DNA of 59,356 nucleotides, filler included, from Candidatus Woesearchaeota archaeon CG1_02_57_44 (GTDB lineage Archaea; Nanobdellota; Nanobdellia; Woesearchaeales; CG1-02-57-44), in the NCBI GenBank assembly GCA_001871415.1. It is 3 parts of 3 records of this genome, joined end to end, with 100 filler letters (N's around TTAATTAATTAA, not from the genome) between each part and the next. Parts side by side here need not be neighbours in the genome. Positions count along the whole stretch, not along the records: positions 1 to 26,192 come from MNWW01000011.1; positions 26,293 to 33,459 come from MNWW01000054.1; 1 more part is not named here. One strand, written 5' to 3'. The position numbers were made by a program, and so were the translations under genes. The notes beneath the pieces are model-generated. The model was not told where the DNA came from. It worked only from the letters and a program-made list of their open reading frames with translations, and searched no databases. Below are positions 19,180 to 27,620 of this stretch, piece after piece (position 1 is the first letter of the stretch; every line of letters starts with the position of its first letter).

Positions 19180-19731
19180 ATGGACGTAGGACAAGTATGC
19201 AGAAAGATAGCCGGCCGCGACACAGGCATCTGTGTCATCCTGAGCAAGCCCGAGGGAAGCCTCGTGCTCGTCGACGGGCAGGTCAGGCGCAAGAAGGTCA
19301 ATTTGAGGCACCTCTGGGCGCTTGAGCAGAAGCTTGAGCTCGCAGAGAACGCTGATCACGAAGCTGTTGTCGCAGCGCTCAAGGGCATCAACATCCTGGT
19401 CAAGGAGAAGACCGCCAAGAGCGTAGGAGCGAAACCCGTCAGGCAGCGCGGCAAGGCAAAGGCCAAAGCGCAGGCGGCTGAGACCAGCGCTCCGAAGAAG
19501 GGCAAGACGAAGGCGGGCAAGCCCGCAACCAAGAAGGCAGCCGCTGCCAGCGTACCTGCTGAGCAGAAAGACGCTGACAATAAGGGCGCAGGTACTGCTG
19601 TCAAGAAGGACGCCAAGAAGGTCGCTGAAGAGAAAGCGCAGGTCGCCGCAAAGCAGCCCGAAGCGACGATGGCAGCTGAACCATCCGCAGCGCCTGCTGC
19701 TCCTGAGGCTGCCGCGGAGAAAACTGCGTAG
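19180..19731 (+). CDS. rpl14e: 50S ribosomal protein eL14 with ~110-aa Ala/Lys tail
   Basis: VGQVCRKIAGRDTG..CVI..VRRKKVNLRHL. Confidence 0.93.
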   Translation: MDVGQVCRKIAGRDTGICVILSKPEGSLVLVDGQVRRKKVNLRHLWALEQKLELAENADHEAVVAALKGINILVKEKTAKSVGAKPVRQRGKAKAKAQAAETSAPKKGKTKAGKPATKKAAAASVPAEQKDADNKGAGTAVKKDAKKVAEEKAQVAAKQPEATMAAEPSAAPAAPEAAAEKTA

Positions 19732-19870
19732 CATTGTTCGGGCCCTTTGCCTTTGCATTTCAGGGTCATATCTTCCATTTATTTTCATTCCTGTCATCTG
19801 TCTATCGGACTTTGCCGCATCCTGCGGTAGGGACCGCAAACTACTAGAAGCCACAAGACATCCCACCACC

Positions 19871-20821
19871 ATGAGCGTCATCTGGACAGAAAAGTATCGG
19901 CCACAGACCTTCTCTGAGCTGGCAGGCCAACAGGACATCGTCGAAAAGGTCGAGGCGCTTGTCGCTGACTCTGCCATGCCGCATCTCATGTTCGCTGGCC
20001 CCGCGGGAACGGGCAAGACCTCATTGGCGCTCATCATCGCACGCAAGCTCTTTGGCACAGAATGGCGCAATAATTTCCTGGAACTCAATGCCAGCGACGA
20101 GCGCGGCATCGACGTGGTGCGCGTCAAGGTCAAGGACTTCGCCAGGACCAGGGCCTTAGGAGATGTTCCCTTCAAGCTCATCTATCTTGACGAGTGCGAC
20201 GCGCTGACGCGCGACGCGCAGCAGGCGCTGCGGCGCACCATGGAGAATTACACCAGCACGTGCAGGTTCATCCTCTCGTGCAACTACAGCAGCAAGATAA
20301 TCGATCCCATCCACAGCAGATGCGCAGTCTTCCGCTTCAAGCCCTTGCCCAAAGCAGACATCATCGGCATCATCGAGCGCATCAGCAAGCAGGAGAATGT
20401 CCCTGTCGACGACCTTGCGAAAGAGGCGCTCTATGAGGTCTCCGGCGGTGATTCGCGCCGGCTCATCAACCTCATGCAGAGCGCCGCGTCCGTGGCCAAG
20501 AAGATAGACGAGGAGACGGTGTTCTCATTGGGCAGCATGGCGCAGCCCAAGGAGATGCGTCAGGCGCTTGACAAGGCGCTCGCTGGTGACTTCACCGCAG
20601 CGCGCAAGACCCTGCTGGATGTCATGCTCAACAGAGGGCTTACGGGCCTTGATGTCATCAAGCAGCTGCAGCAGGAGATACTCAAGCTTGATATTGATGC
20701 GCGCAAGAAGATGCGACTGGTCGAGAAGTGCGCTGAATTCGAGTTCCGGCTCGTCGAAGGCAGCGACGAGTTCGTGCAGCTCGAGGCATTGCTGGCCGCG
20801 GTGTGCGCGAGCAAGCTGTGA
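19871..20821 (+). CDS. rfcS: Replication factor C small subunit
   Basis: WTEKYRP, GPAGTGKT, ELNASDERGID, LDECD, SRC; no intein. Confidence 0.98.
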   Translation: MSVIWTEKYRPQTFSELAGQQDIVEKVEALVADSAMPHLMFAGPAGTGKTSLALIIARKLFGTEWRNNFLELNASDERGIDVVRVKVKDFARTRALGDVPFKLIYLDECDALTRDAQQALRRTMENYTSTCRFILSCNYSSKIIDPIHSRCAVFRFKPLPKADIIGIIERISKQENVPVDDLAKEALYEVSGGDSRRLINLMQSAASVAKKIDEETVFSLGSMAQPKEMRQALDKALAGDFTAARKTLLDVMLNRGLTGLDVIKQLQQEILKLDIDARKKMRLVEKCAEFEFRLVEGSDEFVQLEALLAAVCASKL

Positions 20822-20980
20822 GCGCGCTGGTGTAGCATACTGCTGCGGTTATCCGGGCTTGCTGTCGCTTGATTCCTTCTCGCCTGTGTCTCCAACACTA
20901 TCCTCCCCTGCCACTATCCCATTGCGTAATTCGCACCATGCGACAATTAATTTTATAATGAGGAGGGGATTCGGCAGTAT

Positions 20981-21415
20981 ATGGAAATCGACCCTACTCG
21001 ATTGTATCTGCCTGGCGACATGGACCAGAAACGGCGCGACCTGCTATTGGCTGACATCGCTGCGATCCCGGGTAGGCTTGAGATACTGGTGGCGCATGGC
21101 GAGATGCATGGATTCGTGGTTCAGGCCAGCCATCTTGACGCTGATCCGATCATCACACTCTATGCGGTCAATTGTGAGGCACATGTGTCCTATCTGCCAG
21201 GAGCGGACCTCGTCATGAGTCCGGTGCCTCCCCATGATGGCAAGCCAGGCATCGATGTGGTCGCTCTTGCCTATCAGCCTGAGCACTGGGGGCCACGCAC
21301 ACATCTCACGGTGTTTCTCCATCCGGGCATGCAGGATACGCCTGCGCCAGGGATTGCGGCATCAGCGTCTGCGCCAGCAGCTGTCTATGCTGGTCGACAG
21401 AACGCAAACAATTAA
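20981..21415 (+). CDS. Hypothetical protein
   Basis: 144-aa ORF about 25 nt downstream of TTTTATAA. Confidence 0.55.
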   Translation: MEIDPTRLYLPGDMDQKRRDLLLADIAAIPGRLEILVAHGEMHGFVVQASHLDADPIITLYAVNCEAHVSYLPGADLVMSPVPPHDGKPGIDVVALAYQPEHWGPRTHLTVFLHPGMQDTPAPGIAASASAPAAVYAGRQNANN

Positions 21416-21423
21416 ATACCCAA

Positions 21424-23019
21424 TTGCCCAAAATCAGTATTGTGGCACGCGCACCAGACGATACGCATCCGCAGGAGCAGTCGGGATTCAAGCAGGATCA
21501 GCCGCAGGCGCAATCATCTGCAGGGCCTGCGTCTCTTGGGTCATCGGGCAGAGCTGATACTACGCCGCATGATGCGCCTTCTTTACTTTCGCCATCTTCA
21601 TCGCTTTCCTCGCCTGTCCCTGACCAGGATTCGCCAGCTGACGCGCTCTCGCGCATCATCGAGGCGAGTCGCAGCCTCGCTGGCAGCAACCAGGGCATGG
21701 CAAAGCAGCTCGCCGAGCTAGACGTGCGGTTTTCTAACCTTACTGCTGAGCGTGATTATCTCGCTGAGGAAGCCGCCCAGCTGAAAGCATCCCTCCTGTC
21801 AGCGATGCGTGAGCTCAAGCGGCTCAACGGGCGCAACGCAGGCCAGGAGCAGGATTTGACCAGCACCCGGCAGCAGCTCCTGGAGACGCGCAGGATCGCC
21901 ATGCTCAAAGAAGAGCAGGGTCAGGAAGAGGTCAAGGCCGTGCTGACCCCGGAGCTGCACGCAGAGCATGAGCAGGTCGAGAAGCTACAGAAGACGCATA
22001 AGCAGGATATTGCGACCGCAGCAGGACTGGCCAAGAAGCTCGCGCTGGCAGAGCAGGCAGTCGATGAGATGTCCCATGAGCGAGACACGCTCAGGAAGCA
22101 ACTGGATATGCAACTCATCGCTTTTCGCCGTGAATCAGATCACCTGAAAGCGCGCGTCGAGCAGTACATCCAGATAGCGGAGATGGCCAAGAAGCAGGCG
22201 CACCAGCGCGTCGAGGACATCGGCACTGAGTACCTGCGCCGCGAGACCGAGCTCATCCTTCGCATCCGGCAGCTCGAGCAGGAGTCTGACGCGGCAAAGC
22301 AGCAGGCGCGGGCGCTTGAGCTTCGCAACCACGAGCTTCGTACCCGGGTGCTCTCGCGTGTGCAGGAAGCGCTCGGGGCTGAAGGCGCGTCTGCACCAGT
22401 GACTCCGGCGGCACTGGGCGCGCATGACTTCGGGTCGCAGCGGGTGCAGCGTGCCCAGGATGATAGCGTTCCTCCTGTTCAGCCCCATCCCGATCAGACA
22501 GCGGCGCCCATGCATCATGTTTCCTTCGTGCCTTCCTTAGCGCCGTATACGCCAAGACGATTCTGGCATCCGCGGCACCAGGCGCCCCAGGGTCATGATG
22601 GCACGCATCCTGCCATGCATGCGCAGCAGGGCGCATCGCGGCAGAGCAGCGCGCCTGTGAGGCATCCTGATGGGTTTCCTCGACCTGCGCATATGTCCTC
22701 TGGTCTGGCTGAGCAACATCCTGTTGATCGCGCAGCATCGCATCAGTCTGCACAACCACCTGCGCATGTGCCATCAGAGCCGCACCCGCAGGTGACACTA
22801 TCGTCAACCGGGCAGTTGGTCGGGATGGAGAATAGGGACGAGCTGACCCTTCAGGAGATACGAGCTCCTAACCTTCGGCCCACAGAGCAGGACATGGAGC
22901 AGGAGCTGGTCGGCATGATGCGCGCGGCCCGCCAGCACGGTGAATCAAAGGAAGGGTTCAAGCAGTCCGTGCTGTCCAGCGGCTATCCTGAGGCGCTGGT
23001 GGAGAAGGTGTGGAGATAG
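21424..23019 (+). CDS. Long coiled-coil protein with disordered His/Pro-rich linker and small C-terminal helical domain
   Basis: 531-aa ORF, heptad-rich central region; start uncertain (TTG). Confidence 0.7.
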   Translation: MPKISIVARAPDDTHPQEQSGFKQDQPQAQSSAGPASLGSSGRADTTPHDAPSLLSPSSSLSSPVPDQDSPADALSRIIEASRSLAGSNQGMAKQLAELDVRFSNLTAERDYLAEEAAQLKASLLSAMRELKRLNGRNAGQEQDLTSTRQQLLETRRIAMLKEEQGQEEVKAVLTPELHAEHEQVEKLQKTHKQDIATAAGLAKKLALAEQAVDEMSHERDTLRKQLDMQLIAFRRESDHLKARVEQYIQIAEMAKKQAHQRVEDIGTEYLRRETELILRIRQLEQESDAAKQQARALELRNHELRTRVLSRVQEALGAEGASAPVTPAALGAHDFGSQRVQRAQDDSVPPVQPHPDQTAAPMHHVSFVPSLAPYTPRRFWHPRHQAPQGHDGTHPAMHAQQGASRQSSAPVRHPDGFPRPAHMSSGLAEQHPVDRAASHQSAQPPAHVPSEPHPQVTLSSTGQLVGMENRDELTLQEIRAPNLRPTEQDMEQELVGMMRAARQHGESKEGFKQSVLSSGYPEALVEKVWR

Positions 23020-23184
23020 GGTCTGGAATGCGCGGGAATGGGGCCTGTTGATTGTCCTGTCCTCTACGGCTGGTTATCGTTTCGCGCTGCATTGCCACAG
23101 GATCATTGTAACTTTTCATCATTGTAACTTTTTTGAAGTAGTGACATCCGCAACTTTTATAACCTGACCGGGGATTCCGGCGAT

Positions 23185-24774
23185 ATGGATCCTACCTATT
23201 TCGGCATCGATATCATCCTCTACCCCAAGGGAATGCGCGGCAAGACCCTGCAGGAGCAAGGCCGCGTCATTGAGATCAATGGCGCTAATTCCGGCAGCAG
23301 CTTCTATAAGATGGGAGAGACTGGATTCTACCGGCGGGCAGCGCGATGGATGGCGCAGCGGGGCACGGTGCTGCTTCCCTACGACATCACGAGTGAGTTC
23401 ATGCGGGAGCAGACCGAGGCGAACAGGAGCGCGACCAGTGAAGTATCGCAGTGCGCGCATACGACCATTGATATGCACGCGCAGCTGCAGGATGAGCACC
23501 CCTGCACTAATTTTCACATATTCCACGACTACTCCATTGACAGCGTGCGCAGCCGCACCAGGGACCCTCATGCCTACTCATCCTCCAAATCGCTTCCCTT
23601 CCTTCGCGCCCTGCGCGAGCAGGGGCTCGCCCATAAGACCTACGATTCCTTCACTGTTGCCAATGGTGTGCTGCGCATCACCCGCTCTGTGGTCCCGGAT
23701 GATGTACTTGCTGCGTATCCTGAGCAGCCCATCGATGAGCCCCGACGGGTCTGGCCTATCAGTGAATCTTTTCCCTATTGGTGCGAAGTCGAACACATCG
23801 CTGTAGCAGATATCGGTCTGGTTTTCTCTTCACTCAATCGCGGATGCGAGCGTGAGCTTGGCAGAGAGAGGATAGTCAATGGCACCTACCTTGACGATCT
23901 CTCGTTCCAAAAAGACATACAGCAATTCTCTGGCGCGCTTTTTGGTCTTGATTCTGGTCTTAATTATGGACTTGCCGATATGCTGCCCTCAGGCATCCTT
24001 ATCGGTGGAGGCATGCATACTCCTGATGCTGTGGCTACATTCGTCCGGCAGCACGGCGAATTGTTTGTGACCAAGCCGCTCGATGGATCACAGGGGACTG
24101 GCGTGCGGATACGCGACGCGAACGAGGTGCTCGCAATGGCGCGGCAGGTCTTCTATGACCCTTCTCCTGCTGCCCGCGCCCGGGCGTACGCGGATCATCT
24201 CGTCAGCTTCTCGCTGGGCAAGCAGCCGACGGTCGCAGGTGTCCTGCTTGCGCAGCCGCTCATCCCTTCCACACTCGTCTCACATCCCTCAGGGAGCTCT
24301 TATCCCGCATGCGCCCGGGCAATAGTCGGGGACGGCGCATTTTTGGGCGCGGCCTGGAGATCATCCTGCAATGATGAGGGCTCGCTTACTGACCGTCTGG
24401 TGCATAATGTGGGCAGGGGCGCTGCATACCTTCCTATTGAGGATCAGGATCTCCCTGTCATCACAGAGATGGCAGAGGCCGCGGTGGCAGCGTTCCATGG
24501 ATTCGCAGAGCGTGTCGCTGACAGGACCTCAATGCTGACCCTGCCGCACGCTGATTATCTTGATACGCAACATGATGATGTCGTGTTCCGCACGGCGCGC
24601 GACGCGACACATCTCGTGCTGATGGACGCCGCTGCACGCGCGAATGGCGTTGATCTTGAGGGGGTACTGTCACGTTCTGATGAACAACCGCGCGCGTTTC
24701 GTGAGGCATTGCGCAGGGTCGGTGATTTCTACCAGCAGATGAAGGCGCAGGGGCTGCTCTCGCACGACAACTGA
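23185..24774 (+). CDS. Circularly permuted ATP-grasp (RimK/GshB-like) ligase
   Basis: FVTKPLDGSQGTGV, LAQPLI, HNVGRG; the GID..EIN motif is at the N-terminus; TATA at 23155. Confidence 0.75.
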   Translation: MDPTYFGIDIILYPKGMRGKTLQEQGRVIEINGANSGSSFYKMGETGFYRRAARWMAQRGTVLLPYDITSEFMREQTEANRSATSEVSQCAHTTIDMHAQLQDEHPCTNFHIFHDYSIDSVRSRTRDPHAYSSSKSLPFLRALREQGLAHKTYDSFTVANGVLRITRSVVPDDVLAAYPEQPIDEPRRVWPISESFPYWCEVEHIAVADIGLVFSSLNRGCERELGRERIVNGTYLDDLSFQKDIQQFSGALFGLDSGLNYGLADMLPSGILIGGGMHTPDAVATFVRQHGELFVTKPLDGSQGTGVRIRDANEVLAMARQVFYDPSPAARARAYADHLVSFSLGKQPTVAGVLLAQPLIPSTLVSHPSGSSYPACARAIVGDGAFLGAAWRSSCNDEGSLTDRLVHNVGRGAAYLPIEDQDLPVITEMAEAAVAAFHGFAERVADRTSMLTLPHADYLDTQHDDVVFRTARDATHLVLMDAAARANGVDLEGVLSRSDEQPRAFREALRRVGDFYQQMKAQGLLSHDN

Positions 24775-24909
24775 CCTGCTACATCAGCATGGCGAGGAAC
24801 ATGGACGACTCACATGGTTGATGACGTATTGAAAAGAAAGAAATGAGCAGACGCGGCACCCCGCGCTGCATCAATGACTGGACGCATCAATGACCGGACC
24901 TGCGTCTGC

Positions 24910-25863
24910 TTACGTGCTGTGCTTGACGAGCAGCGGCGTGCTCACTGACTGCTCATAGTCGAAGAGCAGGTTGATGGTCACGCGCTTCTCGAAGTCGCCA
25001 ACCTGGCCCGGTACATTCGACTGCGTGCAGCGCACCTGGCGCTTCTCATTCTCGTAGAGGGTGATGTAGCCGGAGGTGGCGGTGCCGCCCTGCAGTCCTG
25101 AGCAGGTGAGTCCGCTGCTCAGGTCATTGCCTGTGCTCACGTCGACAAAGACCTTCTTGTCATTGACACGCTCATCAGCGGCATTGCAGGATGAGCCATG
25201 CAATGAGACCTTGCCGGTTCCACGATGCTCGACCATGAATGAGAAGGTCACCTTGTCGCTGCCTGCCGGCGCTTCCTCAAAGCTGGTCACCTGCACAGGG
25301 CTTCCGGAGCTGTAAGTGGTCTTCTTCTCATTGACCTTGCAGCCGACATCCTTCTCATTGAGCACGTCCTCGCGCATGCAGAGCATGGCCTGACCTGTGG
25401 TGCCGTAGGTGTAGCAGGAGGTCGCGTAGACATTGAAGGGTGTATTGCCTGGCAGGGTCTCCATGAACTTGAGCCCTGGGAAATTCAGGTAGGTTGCTGT
25501 GCCCTTGATTATCTCACCCTGAGGGTCGATGCTCGCGGAGTCCAGATTCTCTGGCGCCGGCTTGTTGAGATCCGCTGCGTTCACACCAAAGTCAGCCGGG
25601 GAAATCCCTGTTATCTTCACTCTCATCTGGTCCGCCGGCACATTGAACTCGCCGACATTCTCGAGCTTGAGGGTGACGTCAAATGGGTAGGTCGCTGAGT
25701 CAAAGACCTCTCCCGGCGGATTGCCGGAAATGAAGGCCATGGTCACTCCTTCACTGCCTCCAATGAAGGGCTTTTGCTTCGTTGTCGCGGCGGTGTTGTC
25801 GTTGCCTGAGCAACCCGCAATCACTATCATCGCTGCCAAGAGTACGAGGAATCGTTTGTCCAT
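24910..25863 (-). CDS. Predicted lipoprotein / surface protein
   Basis: Signal peptide with lipobox IAGC; beta-rich with paired Cys; RBS GGAGG. Confidence 0.8.
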   Translation of the reverse strand: MDKRFLVLLAAMIVIAGCSGNDNTAATTKQKPFIGGSEGVTMAFISGNPPGEVFDSATYPFDVTLKLENVGEFNVPADQMRVKITGISPADFGVNAADLNKPAPENLDSASIDPQGEIIKGTATYLNFPGLKFMETLPGNTPFNVYATSCYTYGTTGQAMLCMREDVLNEKDVGCKVNEKKTTYSSGSPVQVTSFEEAPAGSDKVTFSFMVEHRGTGKVSLHGSSCNAADERVNDKKVFVDVSTGNDLSSGLTCSGLQGGTATSGYITLYENEKRQVRCTQSNVPGQVGDFEKRVTINLLFDYEQSVSTPLLVKHST

Positions 25864-25999
25864 AGAGCATACCTCCTATCTGGGCTGTTCTTTGCAAATG
25901 GCGTATATAAATGTTGCGGTGGGCTGGTGTATTCGGCCGTGATATATGTCATGGCCCAGTACACGTGGGCTGGACAGGATATCTACTGTATTATCTACC

Positions 26000-26137
26000 T
26001 TATTGCAAAGCACGGGGTTGAATACCCCGTCCTTCAGGACGTGCTTTGCAATTCAAAAATCCGCCTGCAATGACGAGGCGCGGTAATACCGCGGCCTTCA
26101 GGCCGCGGTTAGCACCGAGTGGCGGATTTTTGTTATT
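26000..26137 (+). repeat. Palindromic ~138-bp dispersed element, copy 2 (complete); possible IS200/IS605-derived MITE or structured RNA
   Basis: 13-bp and 12-bp closing stems, each enclosing an AATACC..CCTTCAGG hairpin; TTATT at both ends. Confidence 0.9.
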
Positions 26138-26192
26138 TCCTGAAGACGCTATATGAGCCAGACTATCTGTGCGATATGTGATGTGTATTGGT

Positions 26193-26292
26193 NNNNNNNN
26201 NNNNNNNNNNNNNNNNNNNNNNNNNNNNNNNNNNNNTTAATTAATTAANNNNNNNNNNNNNNNNNNNNNNNNNNNNNNNNNNNNNNNNNNNN
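26193..26292. other. Artificial contig linker (N44-TTAATTAATTAA-N44)
   Basis: Exactly 100 nt with a six-frame-stop spacer. Confidence 0.98.
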
Positions 26293-26293
26293 C

Positions 26294-26452
26294 GCGTACG
26301 CGACGCTCGTGGTCGCCATGATCCCGCTGCTGCGCGCGGGAGCAGGCCTGCTGCAGGGCTTCGCCATAACGACTATAGCGGGCGTGACCTTCGGCGTCAT
26401 CTTCACGCGCCCGGCGTATGCGGCCATCATCGAGATCCTCGTCAAGGAATAG
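26294..26452 (+). CDS. secD: SecD C-terminal fragment (truncated by contig start)
   Basis: Translates AYATLVVAMIPL..GLLQGFAITTIAGV..TRPAY, the archaeal SecD C-terminal signature. Confidence 0.85.
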   Translation, partial: AYATLVVAMIPLLRAGAGLLQGFAITTIAGVTFGVIFTRPAYAAIIEILVKE

Positions 26453-26826
26453 ACGATGAGAGGAGCGGATGCGCGCTCCTTTTCAGGATACTATCTGCGC
26501 TCCGCGATGGTCAAGGGATGCAGCTTCTGTGTTTGAGTGCCATGCATAGGTGCCCGATGTCATCCACAGCGCAGTTGCCGCGCCATGCACAGCGCCAGGC
26601 ATCACTGGCTTGCAGCAGACGCAGCAGCCCTTTGCCTCGCCCCCGCCCTGCGCATCGCGGCGGGGCGCGACGACAGGAGGAATAGGCCAGTGACATCCAT
26701 CATGCATGCACGACAGCCCCGTACCGTACCCCTGAACACAGACCTGCGCGAAAAAGACATTCATCTGATCCACCATCTCCCAATACAAACCCATTTAAAC
26801 CCGCGAATCCTCAGCACATAGCAACA

Positions 26827-27168
26827 ATGACGACCACAAAAGCAGCCATGCTCGCGGTCTTGGGAGCGACGGTCATCACGTCCACGGCGCAGATTCTTTG
26901 GAAGTTCGGCATGGGGGCGGGCAGCAGCGCGGTCACTGGCGCGTTCATCATCGCGGGGTTGGCCATGTACGCCATCGGCGCCGGGATTCTCATCATGGCC
27001 CTGCGCCATGGCGAGCTCTCGGTCCTGTATCCGATCATCGCGCTCAGCTATGTCTGGGTCGCCCTGCTTGCGAGCGGTATTCTGGGGGAGGTGCTCAGCG
27101 TGCAGAACTGGGCAGGTATCATCGTCATCATCGCTGGCGTCGCGCTCATCGGAGCTGGTGCCAAGTGA
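26827..27168 (+). CDS. Small DMT/EamA-family membrane transporter subunit
   Basis: 4 TM; ALRHGELSVLYPIIALSYVW..GE. Confidence 0.88.
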   Translation: MTTTKAAMLAVLGATVITSTAQILWKFGMGAGSSAVTGAFIIAGLAMYAIGAGILIMALRHGELSVLYPIIALSYVWVALLASGILGEVLSVQNWAGIIVIIAGVALIGAGAK

Positions 27169-27503
27169 TGCTCGTCGGCGTGCTCCTGGTCGTCTTCGCG
27201 TCGATGCTCGGCGCGGTCGGATCGCTCATGTTCAAGCTGGGCGCGAAGGACTTCAGCCTGAGCCCAAAGAAGCTGCTGAAGAATAAGACCCTGCTGTGGG
27301 GATTTGTGCTCTATGGAGGCAGTACCGTGCCGTTCATCATGGCCCTGAGGTACGGCCCTGTGTCAGTCATGTATCCCATTGTTTCGCTCAACTATGTCTG
27401 GAGCACCATGCTGTCCGCGAAGGTGCTCAAGGAGAATATCAACGCCAAGAAGATAGGCGGCCTCTGCCTCATCATCCTGGGTGTCGCGCTGATAGCGTCG
27501 TAG
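27168..27503 (+). CDS. Small DMT/EamA-family membrane transporter subunit (paralog)
   Basis: 4 TM; ALRYGPVSVMYPIVSLNYVW..LKE; TGATG overlap. Confidence 0.88.
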   Translation: MLVGVLLVVFASMLGAVGSLMFKLGAKDFSLSPKKLLKNKTLLWGFVLYGGSTVPFIMALRYGPVSVMYPIVSLNYVWSTMLSAKVLKENINAKKIGGLCLIILGVALIAS

Positions 27504-27620
27504 CCTTGGCAACAGGAAGATACTGCTCATGGACTGGATAGAAAGAAATTAAAGAGCAGAAAAGAATCGTATAACAGGAAAGAGAAATCATACAGCTGTT
27601 TCGACAGGAACGATTACTGC

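Noticed and set aside
3396..19778. Many long antisense or alternate-frame ORFs over ribosomal genes (e.g. 5192..6166, 8695..9441, 19153..20181)
   Set aside because: Shadow ORFs from high GC3 codon bias opposite clearly conserved genes
19871..20821. Intein in the RFC small subunit
   Set aside because: 316 aa, motifs contiguous, no insertion
25981..26192. Repeat element as a CRISPR array or tRNA
   Set aside because: No repeat-spacer periodicity, no cas genes, no cloverleaf or T-loop in the right context
26237..26248. TTAATTAATTAA palindrome inside N runs (also 33504-33515)
   Set aside because: Synthetic six-frame-stop contig linker; gene adjacency across it is meaningless
26483..26794. Cys-containing 103-aa minus-strand ORF
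   Set aside because: No motif or RBS and atypical composition; could be real but is unsupported
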